Positions 1-14,274 of a DNA stretch of 64,000 nucleotides are shown here, piece by piece. A program made the translations under genes and the position numbers. Source of the DNA: the human T2T-CHM13v2.0 reference genome, Homo sapiens; the NCBI RefSeq assembly GCF_009914755.1, contig NC_060931.1. One strand, 5' to 3'. How positions within the stretch are numbered: the stretch's first letter is position 1; each line of letters starts with the position of its first letter. Below the pieces are notes generated by a model. It was not told where the DNA came from and made no database searches. It worked only from the letters and a program-made list of their open reading frames with translations.

Positions 1-54
1 TCCGTTGGCCTTCCAAAGTCCTGGGATTACAAGCATGAGTCGCCATGCCAGGCC
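1..54 (-). mobile_element. Alu 5' end (cut by window edge)
   Basis: ggccttccaaagtcctgggattacaagcatgag...ggcc is the reverse complement of the Alu left-arm start. Confidence 0.9.
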
Positions 55-1398
55 ATAAGCTTACATTTTAAATAAAATTCTAAACACTTTCCCCTTGCTG
101 ATCAAATATTTTTTAAATTAACCAGCCATACTTGTAACATTTTAAAGTGAAATTTTAGTTATAAAACACTTTCAAATCAAACACAGGTATCTAGGTTTGT
201 CTATGAAAAGAAAAATTATTGCCCAGTATTTAAACTAAACTCTCATTTCTTCCTATTTGTTTCTTTCCATTTCATAAGAAAGGAAAAATATGTACATATA
301 TATTTCAAGAAAATGCCTGTATAAAACCAGATGTGGAAAAGATATTGAAGGCACAAACAGAAAAACATTGCAGAAATCAATAATCAATAGCTATAATAAG
401 ATGTGGGTGGAAATTACTGTTAAAATACATTTGTTTATTGTATTATCTTATATTCTGATTTTCCCTGGAGTAGAATAAAAATTTCAGAAAAACTGTTTTC
501 CTTTGGGTTAGAGAGAATTTGCTATTAATATGAACACACACTGAAATCCACTCCATTACTTAAATAACTCTCACGTCCTATAATACTGTTATTTAATTTT
601 GTATTATCCTTAAGATGCCCCTCCCTCTTAAGGAAATGATATTTCTTCCATGTAAGGAATGCTTAGTAACCTTTCTAGGAGTAAGCTGAGAGTTCTTCAG
701 ATAACTATATTTTTTGGACCTACTGATCTACATAGCTTTCTTGCTTTGCAGAGTGTGAGTGCTAAGTTATAGAGTTTTATGCTATAGATACGTTCATACA
801 AACTACAGATACATTTCACATACAAACACACACACACACATATATATCTAATGGCTGAGATCCTATGATTACAGAATAATCAAGCTGTTTTAAATCCTCA
901 AAACTGGACATTGGCAGGGTTCCTCACCTCTACAACTTTGCATGATGTGTCTCTTCACAGAAAATTCATTTTACCACTCATTTGCCCACTGGACTTACTC
1001 ATTCCTTCACCTTTTCCTCTCTCCTGAAGTATTCATTTGTGAAATAAAGCAGATATACTGAACTACTAATACTACTGATTGGAATATGCAGCAGGTCTTC
1101 CATGAACAATATATTATAAGACAATATATTATTTAAATTTCAATTGTCTCACACTAAAAAGTCATAGAATAGCACTTATGACCTCTAATGGCTTGATTAT
1201 GGGGGTTCTAGCGTAGTATCATCACTGTAAGCATAGTGTCAATTTATAAAGAAGCAATGAGAATTGTTTAAGAACAAGCACTTTATGGTTATAAGAACAA
1301 GAATTATTAAATGGGAAGAGCATGAGTTAGTTAATTGAATTGAAATTATCCATGGATTTTCTTATGAAGCTTGTTACCTTTAAAACTGAATCCATATC

Positions 1399-1773
1399 AA
1401 TACTATGCAGCCATAAAGAAGAATGAGTTCATGTCCTTTGCAGGAACATGGTTGAAGCTGGAAGCATCATTCTCAGCAAACTAACATAGGAACAGAAAAC
1501 CAAACACCGCACATTCTCACTCATAAGTGGAAGTTGAACAATGAGAACACATGGACACAGGGAGGGCAACATCACACGCCCGAGCCTGTTGGGGGTTGGG
1601 GGGGCTAGGGGAGCGAGAGCATTGAGACAAATACCTAATGCATGCAGGGTTTAAAATCTAGATGACGAGTGGATAGGTGCAGCAAACCACCCTGGCACAT
1701 GTATACCTATGTAACAAATCTGCATGTTCTGCACATGTATCCCAGATCTTAAAGTAAAATTTTTTAAAAAAGG
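1399..1773 (+). mobile_element. L1PA (approx. L1PA7/8) 5'-truncated 3' UTR
   Basis: Typical L1PA 3' end (gcagccataaa...tcctttgcagg...gcacatgtatcccaga); TSD gaatccatatc at 1388..1398 and 1774..1784. Confidence 0.9.
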
Positions 1774-4284
1774 GAATCCATATCTTTAATGAGGAATCAA
1801 CAAGCCTAAAGAGAGTAAGCATTATTAAAAAGGATAAAGTAGAAGGACAATATCCTTAGTGAGTATAATAATATTCGTTATCCAGAAATTGTCAAAAGAC
1901 TTTCAAAAATATTTATATGATTATTTATGGCTTTTATTTATTGGTGGCTTCCAAGTTCATCTCTTGACCTAATTTTCTAGACCTGTAATTTTTCAACAAT
2001 CTTTTTGCCATCTCCTCTATATTTTTGGACTCTGAGAACATGTTGGAAGGAAGAATTATTCCTTCTCCAATATCATTATGACTACCCTTTAAGCTAGTTC
2101 TTAACATTAAGCACTAGGAGACTCTGCCAGTCTTGAATCCTCAGTTCCCATTTCTGAGGTGCTGTTTCTATGACATGGGCTTTAATATATTATGCCAATG
2201 TTGCTTGCCAGAATTAATCTTGGCAAAAGACCATGATTTCTCTAACTGAATCTCCAGTTACAACACAATATAGCACATCCACGTTTCTAAATGTTCCCAA
2301 TTAAAATATTAGAACTATTGGTCTGTGGAAAATTGTTTGATACAAATCTACAAGAGAGAGAGAAAGTTTTTAGCTATTTATAACCTTTAAATAATTGGAA
2401 TTATTAAACTTCTGGAATGCTCATACTCTAAAATTTTGTTACATTTATTTATTAAATAAATTTCAATAACTAAAACAAACAGCCAATTTATCTGGGATAT
2501 TTTTAAAAACTGTTCCCTATTAAAGAGACATAAATTAAGTTGGAATTATCTTTAATAAGAAAAAGATTTTAATTTCTGTATTGTTATATACTTAGCTAAT
2601 ATATTATACATTTTTAAATATTTATTAAAGAAACCAAAGCTATCTATATTTTATTTTTAATACATGATCTCAATATAGAAATTATAATTTTAATATTATT
2701 TCTTATTATTTTCTTCTTGCATTCTGGAGATAGGATAGATTTTTTAAGTGTAAAATTTGTGTCAATTATTAGAATACAAATAAGATAAACTTCTGGACAA
2801 TTTGGACAGCTAAGAGCCATTTCCTTAATATAAATTTCAGTTAAATGAATTATTTTACATGAACGCTTAGTAGAGTTGAGCCAATTTTTAAATAATAACA
2901 TGCCAAGCGAAAATGGACACTATATACTGTTTGCTATTACCTGAAGGAGGGTAGTAGTCATAAAATTATGAAGCTGAGAACTCACTCTGCAAGAGGAAAG
3001 TAAGAGCCTGAGTACTTGTAAATAAGGCATTCTCTTGCAGAAATGTTTAGAGAAAGTGTGAAATTTTTATATTTCTTTTAACATGATAGACAGTTATTTG
3101 TATGAATATTCAATGCCTATTGGGGGTTCATGGACAGACAAACAGGTTTATATATTACCCTTAGTGTTTTAAAATTTTGGCTCTCATAGATTAACAGACT
3201 AAATGGTGATAATTTTGGCAAAACTCTTTGAATGTAATATTCTATAAATTATATTACATATAAGTTGGTGACAAGTTCATGAAGCTTTTATTTTGGTCTC
3301 TACCTATATATTTACCAACTATAAAAAACAAAATGGAATTCTGAATTTCCCAAATCAGGTAAAATTAGTAAATTTTTCAGTTCATAAAATAATCAACTCT
3401 ATTAAAGAATCTCACTGTATTTCATGTTATTTTTAACTATATTTGACACCAAATCTCTCAAGAACAAACCCATCTTCAAATGTGAAGAATACTTACTATA
3501 TATTATAAAGATTACAAACACCATCACTTTTAAATTTATACAATACTAATTTAACATAAAATGATTCTTTACATTTTTGTTAACATAAACTAGTTTGCTT
3601 TTATTCTTGTTGAAATTAGTACTTAACCTGGGCAACTTCTATTATTTACAGTGATATAATGTTTTAGTTTTAACTAGAACTTTAATAATCAACATTAGAG
3701 TATGCCATAGCGGTTAAGCTCAAGGAGTTTGTTTCTATTTGATAAGATAGAACTGGAAACATGAAACAAAAACGATGTGCTAACTCCAGTGTTACTGTTA
3801 AAGTTCAGAAGACACAGTGATAACAGTTAAGAAACAGTTTATAGAAGACTAACAGGCAGTAACATTCAGAATTTACCATAATGTCATATAAATATTTTTG
3901 GCTTGTTTACATTTTGAATAATCAGACAAAAATTCTCTAAATTTAGGATTTTATTATATATATTTAAAAATAAATGTATAAGCCATTATTAATTAATGTA
4001 AACTCAAATTATTTTATTGACTTTGAAAGGTAGAAGAAATTTAGAGATTTTCTAGATTAGAAGTCATCAACTGGGCTGTACATCAAAATTTGTGGGGCCT
4101 TTAAAATGTAGCTACTCAAATCTTAACTATTCATGTCTTCTTCCCTATTTAATTTATATATATATGGAACTAAAGCCTCATCATTTCAAAACACAGTTCA
4201 AGTAAAAGTGTTTAACACCAAAAGGCGTTTCTTTTTCTATTGGCATTTATGCTTTTGCACCTGTAGCTGTCTCTATCTTTTGGT

Positions 4285-4460
4285 ACGTATATGCATATTT
4301 ATATATGTATTTATATACATATCTATGTATATATAATATTATACCTGTTATATTTAGGTATATATTTGTATATCTATATTTATATATGTTTATACTTGTA
4401 CAAATATATATTTGCACATATATAATTACATATATTTATAATCGTGTGTGTGTTTGTGGT
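4285..4460. repeat. Degenerate (TA)n low-complexity tract
   Basis: tatat/tatatt-rich run ending in (TG)n. Confidence 0.75.
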
Positions 4461-6859
4461 TATAGACACATATGCACATGAGGGGATACTTGGGGATACC
4501 AGAGCATAAAATGCTAATTATAATACCTAATTATGTATGTTTAAGACATGGACAGATGAGTGAGGGAGATGTCTTCATGTAAAGGCAAGATAAGTGCTTT
4601 TTCTTGTTTCAAAACAAATGGAGAACAATATAGTACATTTATTATTCCTATAAATGAGAATAGCTGTGATCTCTGGTGAAGAGCATACTCTGTGACTTGG
4701 AAAGGAAGGAGATCCCAGAAGGCATTTTTGGTACAGTGGTGCACAATCAATCAAACCAAAGAATTCCCAAGTTCCTAAACTGGACATTGGTAGCTTGATT
4801 GTTTTTGTTTGTCAATGTAACATGCTCTCTGCTAAATAAAAAAATCATAAATGTAATCGCAGTATTACATTTGTAAGTAATTGTACATATAATCCATAAT
4901 ATAAAACTACCAAACATTAATAATGTGTTTGTACACTTTTTAAATATTGTTCTAGAATTGTGGGAAAACATAATACCATATGGCAATATGTCTAACTCCA
5001 AAAAATGAACATTATAGTTGTGAGATAAAACATTTATATATTAAATCTTTAAAAAATTCTGTATGCTAAATCAATCACCTGAGAGTGTTTTAGGTTTTTA
5101 GAGCACAGAAAGAGACAGCAGTTAGAAAAGAATTCTTACAGGAAGTAGAGGAGAAAATACAGTACAGAAATTCATCTTCAGCTAGAAAAAAATTACAATT
5201 TATTATTATTTTCTTTTTTGCCATTATAAATGGTCAGATAAGAAAACCTCAAATCCTTTCAAAAATTATGTTTCCATTTTAATTTTACTAAATAAATGTA
5301 TGTCCAATTGTTGGTTAATGTAAGATCCAATTTATTTCACATAATTTGAGTATAAGAATTAAGTTAGAGATTAGTCTGTTTTTGAATTGTCTGTTCCAGA
5401 ATTATCTGAAATTCTTAAAAATTAAAAATACCTAATTTTCCAAGGATTCTAATTTTGTAGGCCTATGATGGGTTCCAACAATTTCTGTTTTGAGCAAGCT
5501 ACTCATCTGATTGTGATGTGCAGAATGTGTAAGATCACTGTTTCAATGAATTGTCCAATAAATACTAAATATGGTTGAGGATTTGATGAAAAATTCCAAG
5601 TCTTTGCAGTAGAGTTCAAGATGCAAAATGATAGTTACAGATTCCTAAAATGTTCCAATTCCCCAATTAGATTTAGGTTCAAGTATTTCTATTTGTTATA
5701 TGAACTTTGTATTTGCCTTTTGTAAAGTGACAGATTTTCCACTATAAACTGTATTTTGTGAGTGCTTTATGGCTTTATTTTTTCTAACACTAGTATGATG
5801 GATTATGTATGATTCATTATATGATACAAGTCATGATTCAATTTTGCAGACTAATAATCTAAATCAACAAGAGCTATACTAGCACTACTACTATTCATAT
5901 GATACATTTCATTGAGTTTACATGAAATTTCAGTAGAGCTGTAAAGTTAACGATTTATTGTCCGCATAAATGTAGCTCTTAGATTTGGGTTCCCATTTTT
6001 ACTAAGTTAATGAGAACTAAATTTTTTATCTGCGTGGAGAAAATGTTTAGGTGGCAATTAAAAAAAATCATCTGGAACATGCGCTTAAATATCTCTTTAA
6101 GTTTTATATATCAATATTTTTTTAAAACCTTTAAAAATCTCAAATGGAAACTCAGAAAAACATGATGATGCTCATCAGATAAAAAGTTAAGAACAGTGGG
6201 GGATAATTCTTTAAAATTTGTAATCAAAATACATAATTTTTACTCTAAAATATTCTTAAGTGCGTTGACTGTGTGCACCAGTGATTTCCAAAGAGCAGGT
6301 TGTAGTACTATCACCAGCATACATTAATTGAATGAAAGTAATCAAAAAGTCTATTTGAGAATTTTGTTTTTGATGGTAATCAGATCAGCAGCTCTGAAGG
6401 GCTGTACTGCTACAAATAAAAAGGTTCTAGTAAAATATTATGATTAATGTGTACCATGGGATCTATAGAATTGACATTTTATGGTCAGGAGAAATTTTTT
6501 TTAAAAAAGAGAAATTGCAACTCAAATTTGCAAGTAAATGATAAAACTGGCCAGTGACTTTATCAGCACTTCAATCCTGAGGTTCAGATTTGAAGCAGCA
6601 GGAAATAAGATAGCTGAAAACCAGGTACAAAAGGCTGCTTGAAGAAGATTACAGTAGTTTTTAATGGGTAATGAGCCCTGTCTCAAAACAGAAGCAAAAG
6701 GTAAGTTCTTTTTGGAAGAAGGCATCCTCAGCTTTCACTCCAGGATTCCCATTAGATCACTCATATGTGAATCAAAACCAAAGATCTCATAGAGGAAAAT
6801 GACCCATTAAATGAGCATTTGCTAATACAGCCAGTAGGAGTTTAGGCCTCTAAGTGCTT

Positions 6860-7790
6860 CATATATTTAAATTATTAAGAGATAAATATAAAGTGTTTAA
6901 AAAGTAAAACATAGACTATCAGGAAAAAGAAGCAAAGACTATAAAAAATGATCCAAGCATATTTAAAAAGAATTAAACGTAACTTTTAGAAATTAAAAAA
7001 AATGGTTTAAAACAATGAATAGGTTAACAGTAGACAAAACGTAGTCGATGAAATAATCAGTAAATTGGAATGTAAATGTAAAGAAATTGCACAGAATGTA
7101 GTACAAAGAAATACAAATAAAGAGGAATGATTAAGAGAAATGGAGAATCAAATGAGAGTGTCTCATATCTAATTGGTATCCAAGTTCTAGAGAATAAAAA
7201 GGAAGGAAAATATGCACCATTTGAAAGCATGGTGACCATATATTTTCAAGAACAGATAAATTCACATATATAGAAAGCATAATGTACTTCAAACAGTATA
7301 TCTAAAAATGAATCTATCAGAACACATCATAAAACTAACACTAAAGAAGAAAAGATGTTAACAGAAGTAGTATTTGCCGACTTCTCAATGATTGCTACTA
7401 TTAATTTGTGTTAATTACATTATCTTTCAAGAATATTTAAAATAAAATATTAAATGAAATAAAAAAGAGTTTATCATTACTATTCCCACATTCTAAAGGC
7501 ATTTATAAATATTTATTTGAAGAAAAGAAAAAATCATCACAGAAGGAATGTCTGAACTTGAAGAAAGAAGGAAAAGCAAAGAAGTGGGGCAATGTGTTGG
7601 TACATCTAAACCTACAACTTTCCATTTCTGCTTAAAATCAATGATAATAAAAATAAGTAAATAGTGTTATTAAAAATACAAACACTGAATACATATTAAT
7701 CATATGTATATCAAAGAGACAAAGGTAATTTAAGTATTTTAAGATTTTGAAGTTGACTGGGAGAAGCTTTCAATATTTAGTACGAATGTT
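6860..7790 (+). mobile_element. Old L1M fragment (ORF1-like region)
   Basis: A-rich degenerate L1 ORF1-like text (ctaattggtatccaagttctagag...tattttcaagaa). Confidence 0.5.
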
Positions 7791-7821
7791 TGTTAAGCTT
7801 TTATACCAGTTTTCCAATTAT

Positions 7822-8520
7822 TGTCTTTCAGCTTTAAATCACTCTTTTTGCCTTGATTGTGAAGCTGGAGTGCTCTAACTTTTGAACATTTCTCTTTACT
7901 AAGTGATATAGTTCTAGGCTTTGTGAATAGAGAGTTCTGGAGTTACAGTACCAAGCAAAACCCTCAGAAGTATGCCTCTCTTCCAAGTTTCAATCCTCCT
8001 TTTATTATTTTTTATTTTTGTCATGGGATTCCAGTAATCCTCAGACAGTGTCCTACCCACTATCTGCTCACATTCTCCACCTAGCAGCTTCCAAGCAACT
8101 CCAGGAAATGACTTCCACTGGTAGTTCCACCTACACCCTCAGGCATGCTCTCAGAGCAGCATTGGTGGGCTGCTTTCCCATCAGTGGACTACTTTCCTGG
8201 CAATGCCAGCTGTGTCTTCAGGGTACTCTGTCTGTTTCTAAAGACCAGTTCAGGCCAGAGCCTTCTGGCAGCTTTCTTTACCATGAAGAGGCTGCATGTT
8301 CTTGTAGTAGCTACATCCTCCTCCAGAGGTAATATTCTCAGCCTCAGAGAGGGAGGCCCTCTCCTAATCTTACAGTGTTTTCACTGTCCTTTCTTCCTGA
8401 GCCTAGAGTTAGTAGCTATTCTTTTATACTTGCTATTTTTGAAACACTTAGTGTTTTCTTATAGCACCTTTGTAATTCATTACAATTTATTAGTTAAAAC
8501 ATCTTTATATTGAGTTTTAA
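7822..8520 (+). mobile_element. LTR33-like (ERVL) solo LTR
   Basis: Starts tgtctttcagct...acatttctctttac...aggctttgtgaatagagag, resembling the LTR33 consensus. Confidence 0.55.
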
Positions 8521-9159
8521 ACTGTATATTATTTTATGGTCTGCGTTTTTAAATTGGCAAGTTGCATTTATTTACATTCATTGTGGTGGTTGATATATTT
8601 GAATTGACTTGTATAATCTTACTTGTACTTTTTAAGTAAAATTCTTTATATTAAATTTTACCTGTTCAAATGAGTAAGGTTTTTGTCTATTTAATGAATT
8701 CATTCTGACTGGTTCAAGAAAAATTTTCAAGGTGACCACTAACTGATAAAAATATAATGTATTATTCTGAAACCAGTGGAGGGAAAGAATAGAAAAGAAT
8801 TCAGTGTACCAAAAGAGAAAAAAATTAAGAAAAGGAACAATAGACAAAGTTTTTAGAAAGTACAGCTAAGATCATAAAAGTCAAATTCGGATATATCAAC
8901 AACTAAAATAAATGTAAATGTACGCAGTTGCCAATGAAAAAAATACAGACCACAATATTGAGTTTAAACATTAGACTACAGAGTTACACAAAGAGCGTTT
9001 TACATAGCAAAAATATGAGGACACAGAGAGGTTGAAAGTAAAATGAAAAAGGACAGATAGTTGATAAATACAAATGGCAGGCCAGTATTAGGTATAAACA
9101 GCATTCATATATTAAAGAATAAAAGAAATGTGGTCATTAAAGCAAATATGCATAGTTTA

Positions 9160-10735
9160 AACAAATAAGCATAGGAAGAGATGCTCAACATGTTATTAGT
9201 CACTAAGGAAATGCAAATTAAAACCATAACGAGATACCACTACACATTTATCAGAATGACTAAAATAAAAATAGTGACAACACCAAATGCAGGTGAGGAT
9301 GTGGTGGAACTGAATCACTCACACTTTGTTGATGGGTATGTAAAATGGTCTAGCTGCTGGACCAAGCTTGATAGTATAGTCTTCTTATTTTTAGTTTATT
9401 TTGTTTTTGGTTTTCTAGTTTCTTGAGGTAGTAATTTAGGTTATTAATTTGAAACTTTACTCATTTTTAGCATTTACTGATATAAATTTACTTTCATGTA
9501 CTGTTTTAGTTGCATCCCATACTCTGATAGTGAATTCGTATTTACACATTGAAGCATATTGATGATAAATGTTTTAAAATCCTCCTCAGACAATTCCAAA
9601 ATCAGATTCAACTCAGTGCTAAAGTCAGTTGATTGCTTTTTCTCATTCCATTTGTGATTTTCTTACTTCTTTGTAATACAGGTGATTTTCTATTGTATCT
9701 TGAATATTTTCTCTTATATAAAAAGATTCTGGGTCCTAATTAAATTGTTTTGCAGCAACAGCTGTCATGTTTAGGTTTAACACACGGGCATTGCTCACTT
9801 TTGTGAGCTGTGTTCCCAATGACTAGTTTAATTATCAGATGCTTTGCAATGTTATTTCAGTCTAGTTTGTATATCTGGTGCCACTGGGACTTTTGCTGTT
9901 CACTTTGGTCCTTTCTGAGGTGGTAAAAAGGATTTTCCCACTGGGTGTCGCTCCATCAAGAGGTGGATCTGAAGTCCACAGGGACAAAGTGTCTTTCAAG
10001 CCTGATGACTCTGTCTGCAACTTTCTAGTTACTTCCACTTGCCCCAGTGTTTACTGGTGGAAGGGAGGAGTCACAGGCATACATAGATAAAGATGCTTCT
10101 TTGACTAGGCACTTTTTATGTTGAAAAGCATTGCTTTTGCCTTTAGGAGACATAGACCACTTTCTGGGTCAGGTCCTTGTTGTACTGAGAATTCCCCCTT
10201 GCAGTGTCTTCTGCTGTCCCAGTGTCCCTAGGCAGTGGAGGAGAATCTCAGGCCTATGAGGTTGAAAGGTATCCCAGGGCTGGCCACTTATAGTGGTTGT
10301 GTGTCTTTTGCTTGTTCAGCTTACCTGCCTTGTTGTCTCTCTGTAAGAGATCTAGTCGCAAGAGAGCGCTTCTAACAGCTGCTTATTGTTGGTGAAAATC
10401 CTGATTAATCCTCAATTTTTTTGGACATTGCTGACATTGTCAGAAGGATTCCCATTCCCTCCTGAGGAGAAATGAGTACTCTGTAGGCTGCCTTCTGTTC
10501 CTAGGTTGGGCTCAGGAAATAAAGTCTGGTTTACCTTCTCCTGTTGGGTGGGAAGACGTGAGGTGATATGCCAATATATTGTTCCTCAAATCCTGGGGTT
10601 CCAAGAAAGAATATATTCTTCCCATCTTTCAAAGTTCTTCCTGGGTTGCTTCTTGTGTTATTTCCAGGGTTCACAGTTTTGTCTGGCAGGAAAGCAGGGA
10701 GAAAATGGACTATGTGATCTTGACTGGAAGTTAAC
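9160..10735. mobile_element. Old L1M fragments (+ strand ORF2 end 9160..9350; - strand 5' region about 9400..10735)
   Basis: gaagagatgctcaacat...gaaatgcaaattaaaacca is the L1 ORF2 end (ORF 9181..9426: EMQIKT-RYHYT); the rest is L1M-like. Confidence 0.6.
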
Positions 10736-11380
10736 CTGCTCTTATTGAAAAGGTATTTAATAATTAGTCTATTCCTAAAAACTCCAAGACCAGGGAGAAG
10801 GCAGAGGTCATAGAACATTATGGACCTTAGGGAGAGAATATTAATTTGCAATTGGTTCCAGGGTTCTTTTTATCTATTTAACTATCTTAACTTTTACAGA
10901 CATTCACCAAATATTCAATAATCTTTCCTTTCTCTGGAGAAAAGGGAATAAAAAAATCTTTGTTAATTATATTTTTCTTTAAAGTCACAATAAGATTTTC
11001 CTTCAAAAAGTTTAATTACACATTATTGTGACAAATGACATATGCTGTGCTTACCAAATTTTTGTGAGACATCTTTATCTCAATATTGTCAGTTTATTTT
11101 TGTATGGTACCATAAAATATCTGCTCAACCAGTGAATCTGTCTCAAATGAAATAATGGATCTATGAATTAATCTCATCATTACTGGTTATTTCTGTCATA
11201 AGGAGACTATAAAAGGGACATTAATACCCCCCTAGCTTGATGCAGACACTTTTGTGTGCAATCCCACACAATCCTGCTTGGGGCTGCAAAGTAAAAAGAA
11301 ATTCCACAGAGGGCTGAAAGCAGTGTGGTAATATTCAAATTTTACATAATGTTGTTTGAATTGAAAATAAAGAGGTTACT

Positions 11381-13097
11381 AAACAGTGCTCAAAGAAATC
11401 AGAGATGACACAAACAAATGAAAACAACATTCCATGCTCATGGATAGGAAGAATCAATACTGTTAAAATGTCCATACTGCCCAAAGCAATTTAAAGATTC
11501 AGTGCTATTCCTATTAAACTACCAATGACATAAATGACATTCTTCACAAAACTAGAAAAAACCTATTTTAAAATTTATATAGGACCAAAAAAGAGCCCAA
11601 ATAGCCAAGGCAATCCTAAGCAAAAAGAAAAAAGCTGGAGGCATCATGCTACCTGACTTCAAACTATACTGCAGGGCAACAGTAACCAAAACAGCATGTT
11701 ACTGGTATAAAAATAGACACATAGACCAATGGAACAGAATAGAGAGCTCATAAATAAGGACATACACCTACAACCATCTGATCTTCCACAAAGGTGACAA
11801 AAACAAGCAATGGGGAAAGACTCCCTATTTAATAAATTGTGCTGGGATAACTGGCTAGCCAGATGCGTAAGACTGAATCTGGATCCCTTCCTTATACCAT
11901 ATACAAAAATCTACTCAAGATGGATTAAAGACTGAAATTTAAAACCCATAACTATAAAAACCCTGGAAGACAACCTAGGCAATATTATACTGGACATAGG
12001 AAAGAACAAATATTTTGTGATAAAGATAGCAAAACCAATTTCAACAAAAGCAAAACTTGACAAACTTGATCTAATTAAACTAAAAATCGTCCACACAGCA
12101 AAATAAACTATCAACAGAGTACACAGGCAGCCTACAGAATGGGAGAAAATATTTGCAAAGTATGCATCTGACGAAGGTCTAATATCCAGCCCCTATAAGA
12201 AACTTAAATAAACTTACAAGCAAAAGATAAACAACTCTATTAAGAAGTGCATAAAGGACATGAACAGACACTTCTCAAAAGAAGACATACAAGCAGCCAA
12301 CAAACACTGAAAAACTGCCAATATCACTGATCATTAGAGGAATGCAAATCAAAACCACAATGAGATATCATCTCACACCAGTCAGAATGGCTATTATTAA
12401 AAGTCAAAAAAATAACAGATGCTGATGAGGTTCCCGAGAAAAGGGAACATTTATATACTGCTGGTAGGAGTGTAAATTAGTTCAGCCATTGTGGAAATAA
12501 GTGGGGCAATTTCTCAAAGAACTTAAAACAGAATTACCATTTAACCCAGCAATCCCATTACTGGGTATATACCCAAAATAATATAAATCATCCTACTATA
12601 AAGAAACATGCACACATACGTTTATTGCAGCACTAATCACAATAGCAAAGACATGGAATCAACCTAAATGCCCTTCAATGGTAGACTGGATAAATAAATG
12701 TGGTACATATATACCACAGAATACTACGCAGCTATAAAAAAGAATGAGATTATGTCCTTTGCAGCAACATGGATAGAGGTGGAGGCCATCATTCTAAGCA
12801 AACTAACACAGGAACAGAAAACCAAGTAACACATGTCATCACTTATGAGTGGAAGCTGAACAATGAGAACACAAGAATACCAGGAGAAGAATAACAAACA
12901 CTGGGGCTTACTTGAGGATGGAGTGTAGGATGAAGGAGCGGATCAGAAAAACAATCTATCAGATACTATGCTTATTACCTGGGTGACAAAATTATAGGTA
13001 TGCCAAACTCCCATGACACACAGTTTACCTATTGTAACAAATTTGCTCATATACCCTTAACCTAAAATAAAAGGTAAAAAAAGAAAAGAAAAGAAAG
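11381..13097 (+). mobile_element. L1PA15/16-L1PB-type, 5'-truncated (ORF2 C-terminal part and 3' UTR)
   Basis: attccatgctcatggataggaagaatcaat...aaagctggaggcatca...gaatgcaaatcaaaaccacaatgagat...aataaaa and A-rich tail; ORF2 disrupted. Confidence 0.92.
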
Positions 13098-13753
13098 GAG
13101 TTTGAAATTAATATATGCCTAATTATGAGGTTTTTCCTGCCCCCATTGTTTCATTCTTCTACCTGCCTTCAAGATATCATTATCATACCCTAAAATCCTT
13201 GACTTGACTACTACACAATGTGTGTCTGTAACAGAATTGCACATATACTGCATACATTTGTACAAATTTAAAAATAATACCATCATCAAATATAACCTTC
13301 ATCCTGAAACGAGTATTCAATATTGTCTTGCTTTGTTTTAACTTTATAACTTTACAAAGTGTCTATAATGATGTTTGTAATCTTTTGGTACTCGAATTAT
13401 TAGCCTAATCTTCCCCTTTAATTAAGTCATTAAAAAAAATGAATGGCGTATTGCTAGGTCCCATGCATATTGCTGGGTGTTATTACTGGTCATTTCACCA
13501 TAATTTCTTCATTTTGACAACTGCATTGCTATTTACCATTGTTTTTACACAACATCAAGATCTTGGGTATTATTTTGTATGGTAGGTGCTAATTTTTAAT
13601 AAAAATGACTTATCTAATGAAAGAAGGCCATAGCATAACAATGATGACAGTGAGTCATGAATGTCCAATTTTGTGTACTTGAAGTCAACTTTATGAATTA
13701 AATGAAAATGTCCTTTCAGGCTTTTGTTTCCAAAAATCTGGCAGAAGCCTCTT

Positions 13754-14274
13754 TGTATTATTCAGAATTTTTCAGAGAAACAGAACCAATAGGAGATGGG
13801 TGGGTAGGTAGATAGATAGAGAATTGGCTCACATAATTATGAGAGGCTGGAAAGTCCCACCGTCTGCTGCCTGTAAGCTGGAGAACTAGGAAAACTAGTG
13901 ATATAAGTCAGTCTCCGACCAAAGGCATGAGAACCAGGGTTGAGGGGATGGGGTGGAAATCTGCTGGTATAAGTCTCAGAGTCTGAAGGTCTAAGAAACA
14001 GGAGATCTGATGTCCAAGGTCAGGAGAAGATGGATGTCCCAGCTCAAGAAAAGAGCAAGATTTGCCCTTTCTCTACCTTTTTTTCTGCTCCGGCCCTCAA
14101 TGAATTGGATGACATTCACCCACATCAACAAAGGCAGACCTTTACTCAATCTACGGATTTGAATGCTAATCTATTCCAGCAACACCTTCACAAACACACC
14201 CAGAAATAATGATTTACCAGCTATCTGGGCATCTCTTCAACCAGTCAAGTTGACAGATAAAATTAATTATCACA
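13754..14274 (-). mobile_element. MLT2 (ERVL) solo LTR
   Basis: tgtatta...cagagaaacagaaccaatagga...agtcaagttgaca...atcaca; 5-bp TSD ctctt/atctt. Confidence 0.88.

Noticed and set aside
6580-6706. Plus-strand AAG|gtaagt donor as a gene exon
   Set aside because: Isolated signal without a convincing acceptor or coding frame.
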